Part shown: piece after piece, positions 1 to 7,927 of the stretch
How the letters are laid out: each line of letters starts with the position of its first letter
Numbering within the stretch: the stretch's first letter is position 1
Assembly (NCBI GenBank): GCA_029882335.1
Contig: JAOUKW010000097.1
Span: 1 to 11,663 of the forward strand
Reading direction: 5' to 3'
Length of the DNA stretch: 11,663 bases
Source: Candidatus Heimdallarchaeota archaeon
GTDB taxonomy: Archaea > Asgardarchaeota > Heimdallarchaeia > Heimdallarchaeales > Kariarchaeaceae
The notes under the pieces: generated by a model
Database searches by the model: none
Told to the model about the DNA's origin: nothing
The model's input: only the letters and a program-made list of their open reading frames with translations
Made by a program: the position numbers and the translations under genes

Positions 1-3
1 TTT

Positions 4-2139
4 ATGAACAAGAAAAGATTCCCACATAGGGAATTAGAACCACTAATACGTGAATTATGGGAAAAAGAACATATCTATGCACATGACAAGCTAAATGGAA
101 ATAAACCATATATCATTGATACTCCCCCTCCCTATGCAAATGGTCAATTGCATCATGGTCATGGGATGAGTTATACTCATATTGATATAATTGCAAGGTA
201 TCGAAGACATTTCCAACCGGTGATCTTTCCTCTTTGTTTTGATGACAATGGATTACCAACAGAGAAATTTACAGAGAAGAAGTACAATATAACTCTTGGA
301 AATTATCCAAGCAATTTCACTGAACTTTGTCATAATGAGGCATCTAAATCAATTGAAACTCAGATAGAACAATTTTCTGCTCTTGGTATGTCGTTCAGTG
401 ATTCTATTGCATACAGAACATACGATGAGAGAAGTCATAGAATAACACAAAAGAACTTCATTGAGTTATACAATAAAGGCTTGATTACACGTCAATTGGA
501 ACCCCAATTATATTGTATTACCTGTAGAACTGCCTTATCTATGGCAGATTTGGAAACAGCAAAAAGAGAATCAGAATTACTGTACCTTAAATTCCCTACG
601 TCAAATGGAGAATACATTCTTATCGCTACAACGCGACCAGAACTATTAGAAGCTTGCGTTGGAATATTTTTTCATCCAGATGATATTCAAATGGTAAAGA
701 CGATATCAATATTTCATCCACTTACAGGATTGCCCCTACCAATGTATACAGACGATAGAATAGATATGTCATTTGGGTCAGGTATCATGATGTGTTGTAC
801 ATTTGGAGATCAATTGGATTTACAATTATTCAGAGAATATAGTCTAGATTTAATATCTATTATTGATTATGATGGTTTGTTTAATTCTAAATCACAGCTT
901 CTCAACGGATTATCAATTTCAGAAGGAAGGGAAATAATGATTCAATATTTAAAAGATAAAGAAATAATAACCTCAAGAAATAAAATTATTCAAGATGTAG
1001 CTACCTGTGAAAGATGTAAAACACCAATAGAGATAATACTATCTAAACAATGGTCTTTGAATATTTTATCACTTAAAGATGAGTTATTGGAGTTGAAAAA
1101 ACAGATCAAATGGTATCCTCAATATATGGAAATAAGACTTGAAAATTGGATTAGAGGTCTTAGGTGGAATTGGATTATTTCAAGACAGAGAAAATATGGT
1201 ATTCCTATTCCTGCATTTTATTGTAATAAATGTGATAATATACTTTTTCCTTCAATCTCTGAACTTCCTGTTGACCCAAAATTGTCAATACAAGCATTAT
1301 CAAAATGTAAATCTTGTTATTCTGGAGTATATATTGCTGAAACAGATGTTTTTGATACTTGGATGACCAGTTCATTAAGTCCTCAAATTATTAAAGATAT
1401 TTATTTTCCAGATGATGAAGAGTTGATATTTGATCTCAGACCACAAGCACATGAAATAATTAGAACTTGGACATTCTATACTATGTTTAAAGCATATACT
1501 TTGAATGGAAAGAAACCTTGGGAATCAATAATGTTATCTGGATGGGGTTTAGGATTTAAAGAAAAGGGAAAAAGAAAACAGAAAGCATCCAAATCAAGTG
1601 GTTCAGGCACCAATCCATTAAACATAATTGATGAATATGGTGCAGATGTTTTTAGATACTGGAGTAGTATGGCTAGACCTGGAAAGGATCAACATTTAGA
1701 TGAAAAAATTCTAATTCGTGGTCGGAAATTAGTAACAAAATTATATAATGCTTGTAAGATAATTTTAATACTTCGAGATCGAGTAAAGAAAAATAATTTT
1801 GAGATGATAAGCGAAATCTCGAATATCATGCAATTAGAACTGCAAGATGTAAAACATTATTACAAAGAGCAAATGGATGAATTCAATTATACAGATGCTT
1901 TGAAAAAAGTAGAACAATCATTTTGGAAGATATACTGCTCCAATTATATAGAACAATTAAAGAAAATGATGGATATATCGCTTCAAGAATATAATATTTT
2001 AATTAAATGTTTTTTCGATTATTTATTGCTATTTTCCCCATTTTTACCCTTTATAACAGAGTATCTAAATTTCATAATTTCCACTGATGTAAAAAACGAT
2101 GTGAATTATTCTTCAATCCATTTACTTCAGTTTAATTGA
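4..2139 (+). CDS. valS: valyl-tRNA synthetase (class Ia aminoacyl-tRNA synthetase, archaeal-type, compact 711 aa)
   Basis: Full ORF with ATG at 4. The HIGH motif reads PPPYANGQLHHGH (HHGH at nt 151-162). The KMSKS-type motif reads KASKS (nt 1582-1596) and is followed by NPLNIIDEYGADVFRYW. The CP1 editing domain is flanked by CxxC knuckles (CITC from nt 514, CERC from nt 1006). It contains ATTRPE and GSGIMMCCTFGD, which resembles the archaeal ValRS GTGxVMxCTFGD motif. WNWIISRQRKYGIPIP matches the DWxISRQR box. The choice of Val over Ile or Leu rests on motif recall only. Confidence 0.72.
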   Translation: MNKKRFPHRELEPLIRELWEKEHIYAHDKLNGNKPYIIDTPPPYANGQLHHGHGMSYTHIDIIARYRRHFQPVIFPLCFDDNGLPTEKFTEKKYNITLGNYPSNFTELCHNEASKSIETQIEQFSALGMSFSDSIAYRTYDERSHRITQKNFIELYNKGLITRQLEPQLYCITCRTALSMADLETAKRESELLYLKFPTSNGEYILIATTRPELLEACVGIFFHPDDIQMVKTISIFHPLTGLPLPMYTDDRIDMSFGSGIMMCCTFGDQLDLQLFREYSLDLISIIDYDGLFNSKSQLLNGLSISEGREIMIQYLKDKEIITSRNKIIQDVATCERCKTPIEIILSKQWSLNILSLKDELLELKKQIKWYPQYMEIRLENWIRGLRWNWIISRQRKYGIPIPAFYCNKCDNILFPSISELPVDPKLSIQALSKCKSCYSGVYIAETDVFDTWMTSSLSPQIIKDIYFPDDEELIFDLRPQAHEIIRTWTFYTMFKAYTLNGKKPWESIMLSGWGLGFKEKGKRKQKASKSSGSGTNPLNIIDEYGADVFRYWSSMARPGKDQHLDEKILIRGRKLVTKLYNACKIILILRDRVKKNNFEMISEISNIMQLELQDVKHYYKEQMDEFNYTDALKKVEQSFWKIYCSNYIEQLKKMMDISLQEYNILIKCFFDYLLLFSPFLPFITEYLNFIISTDVKNDVNYSSIHLLQFN

Positions 2140-2233
2140 TCTATTTATACAATACTACATTAAAATAGAATATTATTTGATTCTTGTATTAGGAGATAAT
2201 AAAATTTAAATAATTACCATTGGATTTTTTTTC

Positions 2234-2758
2234 ATGAACAAAGAATTAGATGATTTTTTAAGAAAGGTTGAATTTTTGCTTTATGATGAAAAAGATCCAA
2301 AAGCAGCGATTGAAGTCCTTGATGAAATATTATTGATCTATTCTAATTCATTTTATACATTGTATTATCTAATGGTTGCGTATTACCAATTGGATAAATT
2401 CCAAGAGGCACTTGATTATGCAGAGAATTTAGTCTCTTTAAATGAGGAAACAGAATCAGTTACTATTGAAAAACAATATAATTATCTTAATCTAATGAAA
2501 GCAAAAGTCCTTCAAGAAAATCCTAATTTAGACATAGGAAAATCTTATCAATCACCAATCGTAATAATTGCAGATAATACTTCAGAGGGTATTAAAAAGG
2601 AATATCAGTTTATACAATTAGTACATTCACAATACAAACGAGTGAAACAAAGTCTACAAAATACAGAAAGTGGAGTTTATGATGTTATTACCATTGAAAT
2701 AAATGGAATTCAACAAGATTATTATTTTGAAATTTCCTCTTTTTTTGGTAATTGGTAA
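2234..2758 (+). CDS. hypothetical protein with N-terminal TPR-like helical repeat
   Basis: 174-codon ORF with an ATG start in an AT-rich genome where stop-free frames are rare. The N-terminal segment PKAAIEVLDEILLIYSNSFYTLYYLMVAYYQLDKFQEALDYAENLV has the TPR-like A/Y/L spacing. I do not recognise the C-terminal half. Confidence 0.55.
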   Translation: MNKELDDFLRKVEFLLYDEKDPKAAIEVLDEILLIYSNSFYTLYYLMVAYYQLDKFQEALDYAENLVSLNEETESVTIEKQYNYLNLMKAKVLQENPNLDIGKSYQSPIVIIADNTSEGIKKEYQFIQLVHSQYKRVKQSLQNTESGVYDVITIEINGIQQDYYFEISSFFGNW

Positions 2759-2768
2759 TCAGTAATAT

Positions 2769-3392
2769 TCATTCATTTGATGACTCTATCGATTGAGGAA
2801 TATTATTGTGATTTAGCTGGATATATTTCCAACTGCCATTTGACTTCGATAATTTTATAATATCAGTGTTATATATGGTCTCGGCTGTTAAATTAAGATA
2901 ATAATTTAAAATTGCTCTCATAATCCCTCCATGACTAAATATTAATATTCTATTGAATTTTTTATTTTGTGAATTTTTAAGAATTTTATTAAACACTTCT
3001 GCAGCTCTTGATTTAAAATCGACCAATTTTTCTGCACCAAATTTACCATTAAATAAGTCTTCTCTTAAATAAGCATGTTCTCTGAATTGATCCTTGGAAA
3101 AATCTAATGTTGAAGAATGAATTCCCTCTAATTCGCCTAAGCCTATTTCCTTTAAATTATCCACTATTTCTAATTTTGGATGATCTATTTGGATTTTTAA
3201 GGCAATTAATGCAGTATCTCTGGCTCGTTGTAGGGGAGAAGAATATACCATATCATAATCTTTTGGTAAATATTCCCGGATTAATCTTGCCTGATGAATA
3301 CCTAAATCAGATAGGGGAGAATCAAACTGTCCCTGAATAGTTCCATCATTGTTTGATTTACTTTGACCGTGTCTTATTAGGTAAATTTCCAT
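2769..3392 (-). CDS. histidine phosphatase superfamily protein (phosphoglycerate mutase-like / CobC-like)
   Basis: The N-terminus reads MEIYLIRHGQSKSNNDGTIQGQFDSPLSDLGIHQA, with the catalytic RHG motif. SSPLQRARDTA and the C-terminal FSHGGIMRAIL (second catalytic His) follow. I placed the start at the ATG at 3392. The ORF track extends to a TTG at 3401, which is an alternative start. Confidence 0.85.
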   Translation of the reverse strand: MEIYLIRHGQSKSNNDGTIQGQFDSPLSDLGIHQARLIREYLPKDYDMVYSSPLQRARDTALIALKIQIDHPKLEIVDNLKEIGLGELEGIHSSTLDFSKDQFREHAYLREDLFNGKFGAEKLVDFKSRAAEVFNKILKNSQNKKFNRILIFSHGGIMRAILNYYLNLTAETIYNTDIIKLSKSNGSWKYIQLNHNNIPQSIESSNE

Positions 3393-3582
3393 ATGTATCA
3401 ATTATTTTAATTGCTTATATTACTTAGTTTAGATAGAATTTATTTATTCTTCAATTCAATAGAGTAATTTTCTTTTTTCAATAACAAGGAATATTATAAT
3501 TTAATAATAAAATTCTCAAAAAATAATCCAATAATTATTGAAATTTGCAAATAAATAAAAGCTAAAATCAATTTGTTAATCT

Positions 3583-4380
3583 GTGGAGTTTGATTGTTCA
3601 ATTGAGAAAAATAAAACACCATTTGCATCATTGGGTTTGCTTTTATTATTTTACATTATTGGGTTGATTTTCTTAGACACATCTAATTTTACTACACCGG
3701 ATACTTATAGAATGGATACATATACAATTAGAATACAAACACTTGATAGTTTTGCTTTACTTCCTGTTTTTAAAGTACAATGGTCAATATTGAGTTATTA
3801 CTTAATTCACTTTGCACCTGTTCATTACGGATATTCAGGTATGTTGCTGTTATATTATATGGTAGGCTTGGAAAAAGCTACAAATAAAAGAATTGTACTC
3901 CTAACATTTTTTGGAACCAGTATACTAACACCATTCATTTTTGGTCCTCCTCTTTTTATTTTGTCGGGTAAATATTCATTCCTTCTCAAGTTCTTTCTAA
4001 TTCAGTCTTACTATCTTGGTTCATCACCAGGTATTTGGGGTACCATTGGAATGAGTGCCCCTGTTTGCAGAAAGAGAAAATTTTTTTGGGTAGGTATCTT
4101 TTTAATGCTGATCCCGGAGTTTATCCTAAAGATAGTTGCAGGTACAGGAGATATAACTGCTAATGTCATCCACGTACTTATTTTTTTGATTACTTGGTTT
4201 GTCTCTCATAAATTTATTAAATACCATAATAATCATGGAAAATCAGGTGAATTAAAAAGAAATAGAAAAGAAGATCTACCCTATATATTTGGAATTTTAA
4301 TGCATGGGTTGATTATGATTATTTATTTTATTGACCAACTAGGTATTCTGAAGTCGAATATTTTAAGATATATTTTATAA
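3583..4380 (+). CDS. polytopic (about 7 TM) membrane protein, rhomboid-like
   Basis: 265-aa ORF with a GTG start. The first in-frame ATG (aa 44) would delete the first hydrophobic helix. About seven hydrophobic segments are visible. QWSILSYYLIHFAPVHYGYSGMLLLYYMVGLE resembles the rhomboid TM2 block (W..L...F.H....H...NM..L...G..E). YLGSSPGIWGTIG resembles the TM4 GxSGxxxGxxG block, with the candidate Ser at nt 4024-4026. ANVIHVLI provides a TM6-position His at nt 4171-4173. The 6+1 TM layout matches many rhomboids. Confidence 0.6.
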   Translation: MEFDCSIEKNKTPFASLGLLLLFYIIGLIFLDTSNFTTPDTYRMDTYTIRIQTLDSFALLPVFKVQWSILSYYLIHFAPVHYGYSGMLLLYYMVGLEKATNKRIVLLTFFGTSILTPFIFGPPLFILSGKYSFLLKFFLIQSYYLGSSPGIWGTIGMSAPVCRKRKFFWVGIFLMLIPEFILKIVAGTGDITANVIHVLIFLITWFVSHKFIKYHNNHGKSGELKRNRKEDLPYIFGILMHGLIMIIYFIDQLGILKSNILRYIL

Positions 4381-4525
4381 ATGTTACATTTTATCAAAAA
4401 ATCAATAGTCTAATTTACTATTTATTTAATATTATTTGTACTGAAAACTGTTATTCAAATTCTCTTTAATAAAAAAATATAAATAATATTTTCTATTAAC
4501 AAAAATAACATTTACATTTTTTAAT

Positions 4526-4530
4526 GGAGG
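4526..4530 (+). promoter_or_regulatory. Shine-Dalgarno-like GGAGG, 7 nt upstream of the TTG start of the surface protein gene
   Basis: The sequence reads aatGGAGGaaaaataTTGaaacat. This is the only strong SD-like element seen upstream of any gene in the window. It supports the non-ATG start at 4538, which preserves a complete signal peptide. Confidence 0.6.
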
Positions 4531-4537
4531 AAAAATA

Positions 4538-7500
4538 TTGAAACATCAAAAATTAACAATTAGTGTGTCTATATTTATAATATGGAGTATGTCACTCTCA
4601 GGATTGGTACCTGTTCAGAATGCTCAAGGATTTATTTCCTTGGATGCATCTAGATCTACATATCTAACCTATCTTGGTTATGATTATTTTGAATTAAATG
4701 CTATGGATGCAACTTATGATATAGCATGGTCGTTTTCGGGTTCAATAATAAAACCAGCAGCCTATGCTATGACCTATAATGACTTTGCATCTTTTGTTGA
4801 TACATATAATATACCTGCGACTGCAACAGTACTCAATGCAGGAGGTTTAGTATTTAGTGCTTCTGGGAATTTTATTCCTACCTCATCCGGTACTTGGATT
4901 ATTTTATTCCGTCATAACCAATCAGGTGTTGGGGGTGGATATGTTACGATTGCTGCAACTGCTACTCAAAACCTACCATATATTCAAAGTCATACTTTGA
5001 CAACATTGAATAACAACGCAGATGTGAATAACCTAGTTGATTCCGTGCGCATTACTTTTGATCCGAATATTGGCGGAGGTAGAACAGCAACTGCTACATT
5101 TACAGCATATTTATATGATTCAGACGATAATTATTCTGGTTTATCAAGCAGTGGATCGTTTACTTTTACCGGAACTCAAGTAAATAGTTTTCAATTAACG
5201 GTTGGCTATGTCACTGAATCTGATGACTATTACATTAAATTATATATGACCTATAATGGAGCAACCACTTTACAATTAACAACAATTGCAAATAGACTGT
5301 GGGAATTAGCAAGTCATCCATTTGTTGCATCAGCAGTGGTAGAACCGTATTCGTTTGATGGAGATGCTTCATCAGATTCGGCTAAATTTGCGATAAATGT
5401 AGATTTTAATACAGGTTACTCAGGAATAGTAGCAATTTACGCTGGGTTGTATCGAACAGGTGGCACTTTTATTAGAGGCGTCGGTTTTACTGATTATACA
5501 TTTACAGGTACAACTACAGCCGATCTTGTGAGAGTGGATTTAGGATCTGTGACTACGACATCAACATATTATATTTATTATCAGATAATTTGGAATAATG
5601 GCGTTGTCTCTGCAACATTTAATACACCTACTTTTTCATTAAATGCAGTTCAACCTGCTGCACCATTTTTACAATCCCTAACCACTACCCTCTATGATGA
5701 AGATACAGATGGAAATAATGATGGAGTTAGAGCAAATTTCAATCCTGATTTCAATGGAATGTATTCTGGTACGGCCACTGTAACTATTACACTCAGCTTA
5801 TGGAATGGTGCATCTTGGGTAACTCAAAATACACAGAGTTCATCATTCACTTTCTCTCAGCAGACTGTTGATGCATTTCAGATAGATATGGGGACTGCAA
5901 CAACTACTGGTTCTCACCGATTGTCGGGATATGTAACATTTAGTGGTACAAATAGTGCTACAGTTTCAACTGCTAGCTTCACTTTAAACGCGTATATCCC
6001 TCCGTCGCCATATATTGCAAGTTTAACCACCACTACATATGATTTTGATACTGATGGAAATATTGATAGTGTAAAAGCAAATGTCAATCCTGATTTTAAT
6101 CTTGCGTATTCTGGGACAGTAACGATTATAGCAAGCTTATATACATCTACAGGAACTCTTGTTACTTCACAAACCAGATCATATTCAACAACAGGTCAAG
6201 CTACCACGGTTTATACCATTGATTTAGGATATGTTTATACTACTGGATTATATTATGTACAAGCTCAACTTAAATATCTAAATGTATTAAAGGATACGAA
6301 GACAAGTACAAATTTCAATCTAAATGCCTATGTTCCTCCACCTGTTTTTAGATCTGTTAGTCATAGTACCTCTGATGCAGATGGTGATCTAAATGTTGAT
6401 ACACTTCAGATTAATGTTGACGCAGATTTTACACCTGGATATAGTGATAGTGTGACTATATTTGTTGAATTCTACAGACCTGATAATTCTCTAAGAAATA
6501 ATGTATCGCAAGTGGTTGTTGTTAACGGACAAGCTGTGTCTCCTGTTAGTTTTAATCTAGGTGGTGCTGATGTGAGTGGATTACATAAATACCATGCAAA
6601 AATATATTATCTTGGAGTACTTTACTCACATGCGATTGTTTCTATAGACCTAGATAAGGTAAAAGCCCCCCCAACTCTGACTGTCAATGGGGTTTATCTT
6701 TATGATACAGATAATGATCAAAATAATGACAGTGTGAATATATTATTCGATGTCGATTATGAACCTGGATACACAACTCAAGTCACAGTGAGTATAAATC
6801 TATATTCAGACTTAGGCGATTTACTCCAGTCATTCAATGTGATCTTAACGATTTATGGAAATATGGTGGATATTTTTAATGAAACAGTTTCAATTGCTCC
6901 AGGTCAGGGAGATTATTATATTACTGTGGCCTTATACCACCTTGGTTCTTTAATAGATGAACAAACTACAGCAAATTTCTTTTTAAATTCACTTTACGAG
7001 GAGCCTTATTTCTATGATTATTACTATGATCTGACAGATAATGATGATAATGGACAAAATGATGGTGTAATTGTTTATTTTGATGTTGACTATCCTGATG
7101 GTATTATTGATGATGTTATGATTATTGCTGAATTATATTTAGGAATGAATGATTTAATATCAACAATTAGTGGGAATTTTACAATAAATGGAACTGAAGC
7201 ATTGTTGAATGAATTAAACTTTGGATTTGTAACCGTAACGGGAGGTTATTTCATTAAACTTCATCTATATAAAGGTGATAATATAATAGAAAGTGTTTTT
7301 ACGTCTACATTCACTTTATACGCATATGAAGAAGCTCCTATTTTAGATCGTATAAATGTCAATCCATATCAATCTATAGGAGGTAATACAATTGATTCAG
7401 TCTCTATTTCTATATCTCCATATTTCAATATGATATCAGAAGGTTTAGTTACAATAAAAGTATTTCTCTATCACCAAACAAGTGGAACTATTATAAATTC

Positions 7501-7828
7501 GAATACCGATCAGCAGACAATTACAGATACTGCAATCACAATATCCTATGATTTAGGCAAAACTACAAGAGATGGACAACACTATGTCTTAGTTGAATTA
7601 TTTTATTTATCTACAACAAATCCAGATGTATCCTTGACGAGTAGTATATTCAATCTTGAATTAGGGCAATCATCGAATCCATCATCATCTAGTAGGAATC
7701 AAATAAGTCAAGATGTAACTGATGAAGGCACCAATTTAAACTATCCTTCATTTTGGGTATTCATCCTATCTTTTGGTGTTTTTGTCCTTGTAAAAAAAAG
7801 TCTTATCAATAAAATTAGGAAAAATTAG
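4538..7828 (+). CDS. secreted, C-terminally anchored cell-surface protein (S-layer/adhesin-like) with 8 tandem ~112-aa beta-rich domains
   Basis: 1096-aa ORF. The N-terminal Sec-type signal is MKHQKLTISVSIFIIWSMSLSGLVPVQNAQ|G. A unique ~116-aa head domain follows, then eight tandem domains. These are followed by a Ser-rich linker (GQSSNPSSSSRNQ), a hydrophobic helix (WVFILSFGVFVLV) and a basic tail (KKSLINKIRKN). The composition is rich in Thr, Ser, Asn, Tyr and Gly, with no Cys in the mature part. Confidence 0.9.
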   Translation: MKHQKLTISVSIFIIWSMSLSGLVPVQNAQGFISLDASRSTYLTYLGYDYFELNAMDATYDIAWSFSGSIIKPAAYAMTYNDFASFVDTYNIPATATVLNAGGLVFSASGNFIPTSSGTWIILFRHNQSGVGGGYVTIAATATQNLPYIQSHTLTTLNNNADVNNLVDSVRITFDPNIGGGRTATATFTAYLYDSDDNYSGLSSSGSFTFTGTQVNSFQLTVGYVTESDDYYIKLYMTYNGATTLQLTTIANRLWELASHPFVASAVVEPYSFDGDASSDSAKFAINVDFNTGYSGIVAIYAGLYRTGGTFIRGVGFTDYTFTGTTTADLVRVDLGSVTTTSTYYIYYQIIWNNGVVSATFNTPTFSLNAVQPAAPFLQSLTTTLYDEDTDGNNDGVRANFNPDFNGMYSGTATVTITLSLWNGASWVTQNTQSSSFTFSQQTVDAFQIDMGTATTTGSHRLSGYVTFSGTNSATVSTASFTLNAYIPPSPYIASLTTTTYDFDTDGNIDSVKANVNPDFNLAYSGTVTIIASLYTSTGTLVTSQTRSYSTTGQATTVYTIDLGYVYTTGLYYVQAQLKYLNVLKDTKTSTNFNLNAYVPPPVFRSVSHSTSDADGDLNVDTLQINVDADFTPGYSDSVTIFVEFYRPDNSLRNNVSQVVVVNGQAVSPVSFNLGGADVSGLHKYHAKIYYLGVLYSHAIVSIDLDKVKAPPTLTVNGVYLYDTDNDQNNDSVNILFDVDYEPGYTTQVTVSINLYSDLGDLLQSFNVILTIYGNMVDIFNETVSIAPGQGDYYITVALYHLGSLIDEQTTANFFLNSLYEEPYFYDYYYDLTDNDDNGQNDGVIVYFDVDYPDGIIDDVMIIAELYLGMNDLISTISGNFTINGTEALLNELNFGFVTVTGGYFIKLHLYKGDNIIESVFTSTFTLYAYEEAPILDRINVNPYQSIGGNTIDSVSISISPYFNMISEGLVTIKVFLYHQTSGTIINSNTDQQTITDTAITISYDLGKTTRDGQHYVLVELFYLSTTNPDVSLTSSIFNLELGQSSNPSSSSRNQISQDVTDEGTNLNYPSFWVFILSFGVFVLVKKSLINKIRKN
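4976..7669 (+). repeat. eight tandem in-frame protein-domain repeats (period 110-115 codons)
   Basis: Repeat units start near nt 4976, 5318, 5663, 6008, 6341, 6671, 7004 and 7337 (aa 147, 261, 376, 491, 602, 712, 823, 934). The shared skeleton is P(Y/F)(I/L)xS.TTT.YD.DTDGN.D.V.A.(F/V)NPDFN..YSGT.T(I/V)...LY....G......(F/Y)(T/S)..G.......(I/F)(D/N)(L/M)G.....G.Y(Y/F)(I/V)...L.Y.........T..F.LNAY.PP. Units 3 and 4 are the most similar to each other. Units are diverged at the DNA level and are not identical copies. Confidence 0.85.
7733..7825 (+). other. C-terminal tripartite sorting/anchor-type signal (short motif, TM helix, basic cluster)
   Basis: The last 31 aa read NLNYPSF-WVFILSFGVFVLV-KKSLINKIRKN and follow a Ser-rich linker. 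This is the same architecture as PGF-CTERM, PEP-CTERM, GlyGly-CTERM and LPXTG type signals. The motif itself (YPSF) is not one I can assign to a named class. Confidence 0.5.
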
Positions 7829-7927
7829 AGTTTAATATAAGAAAATAACAAAATTTACTTAGTCAGATTTATTAATTACATCAAAACATCATTGTAATTT
7901 ATCAAAAAACTTTTTTAGTATAATTGT

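Noticed and set aside
1139-1366. 75-aa ORF on the + strand nested out of frame inside the ValRS gene
   Set aside because: It lies entirely inside a well-supported CDS in another frame. The composition is low-complexity and hydrophobic, typical of an off-frame reading of AT-rich coding DNA.
3107-3340. 77-aa ORF antisense to the histidine phosphatase gene
   Set aside because: It is fully overlapped by a CDS with clear catalytic motifs on the opposite strand. It has no recognisable motifs or start context.
3393-3401. TTG at 3401 as the start of the phosphatase gene, as in the ORF track
   Set aside because: An ATG three codons downstream (3392) gives the usual short lead-in before the beta1-RHG motif. 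Neither start has an SD, so the choice is uncertain and changes only 3 residues.
3583-4380. Membrane protein as an archaeosortase/exosortase
   Set aside because: I could not find the conserved Cys-Arg-His arrangement typical of that family. The single Cys sits in a basic loop (VCRKRK), not in a TM-embedded motif. The rhomboid-like blocks fit better. This needs an HMM search to settle.
5693-7069. Acidic DxDxDG loops as dockerin modules
   Set aside because: Dockerins have paired 22-residue repeats with a following helix. Here there is one loop per ~112-aa beta-rich unit with no duplicated F-hand, so only the Ca-loop analogy is retained.
4976-7669. Periodic structure as a CRISPR array, a DNA satellite or a mobile-element repeat
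   Set aside because: The period is about 335 bp, it is in frame in a single long ORF, and copies are only similar at the protein-motif level. No short identical direct repeats with unique spacers are present. No transposase, integrase or terminal inverted repeats appear anywhere in the window.
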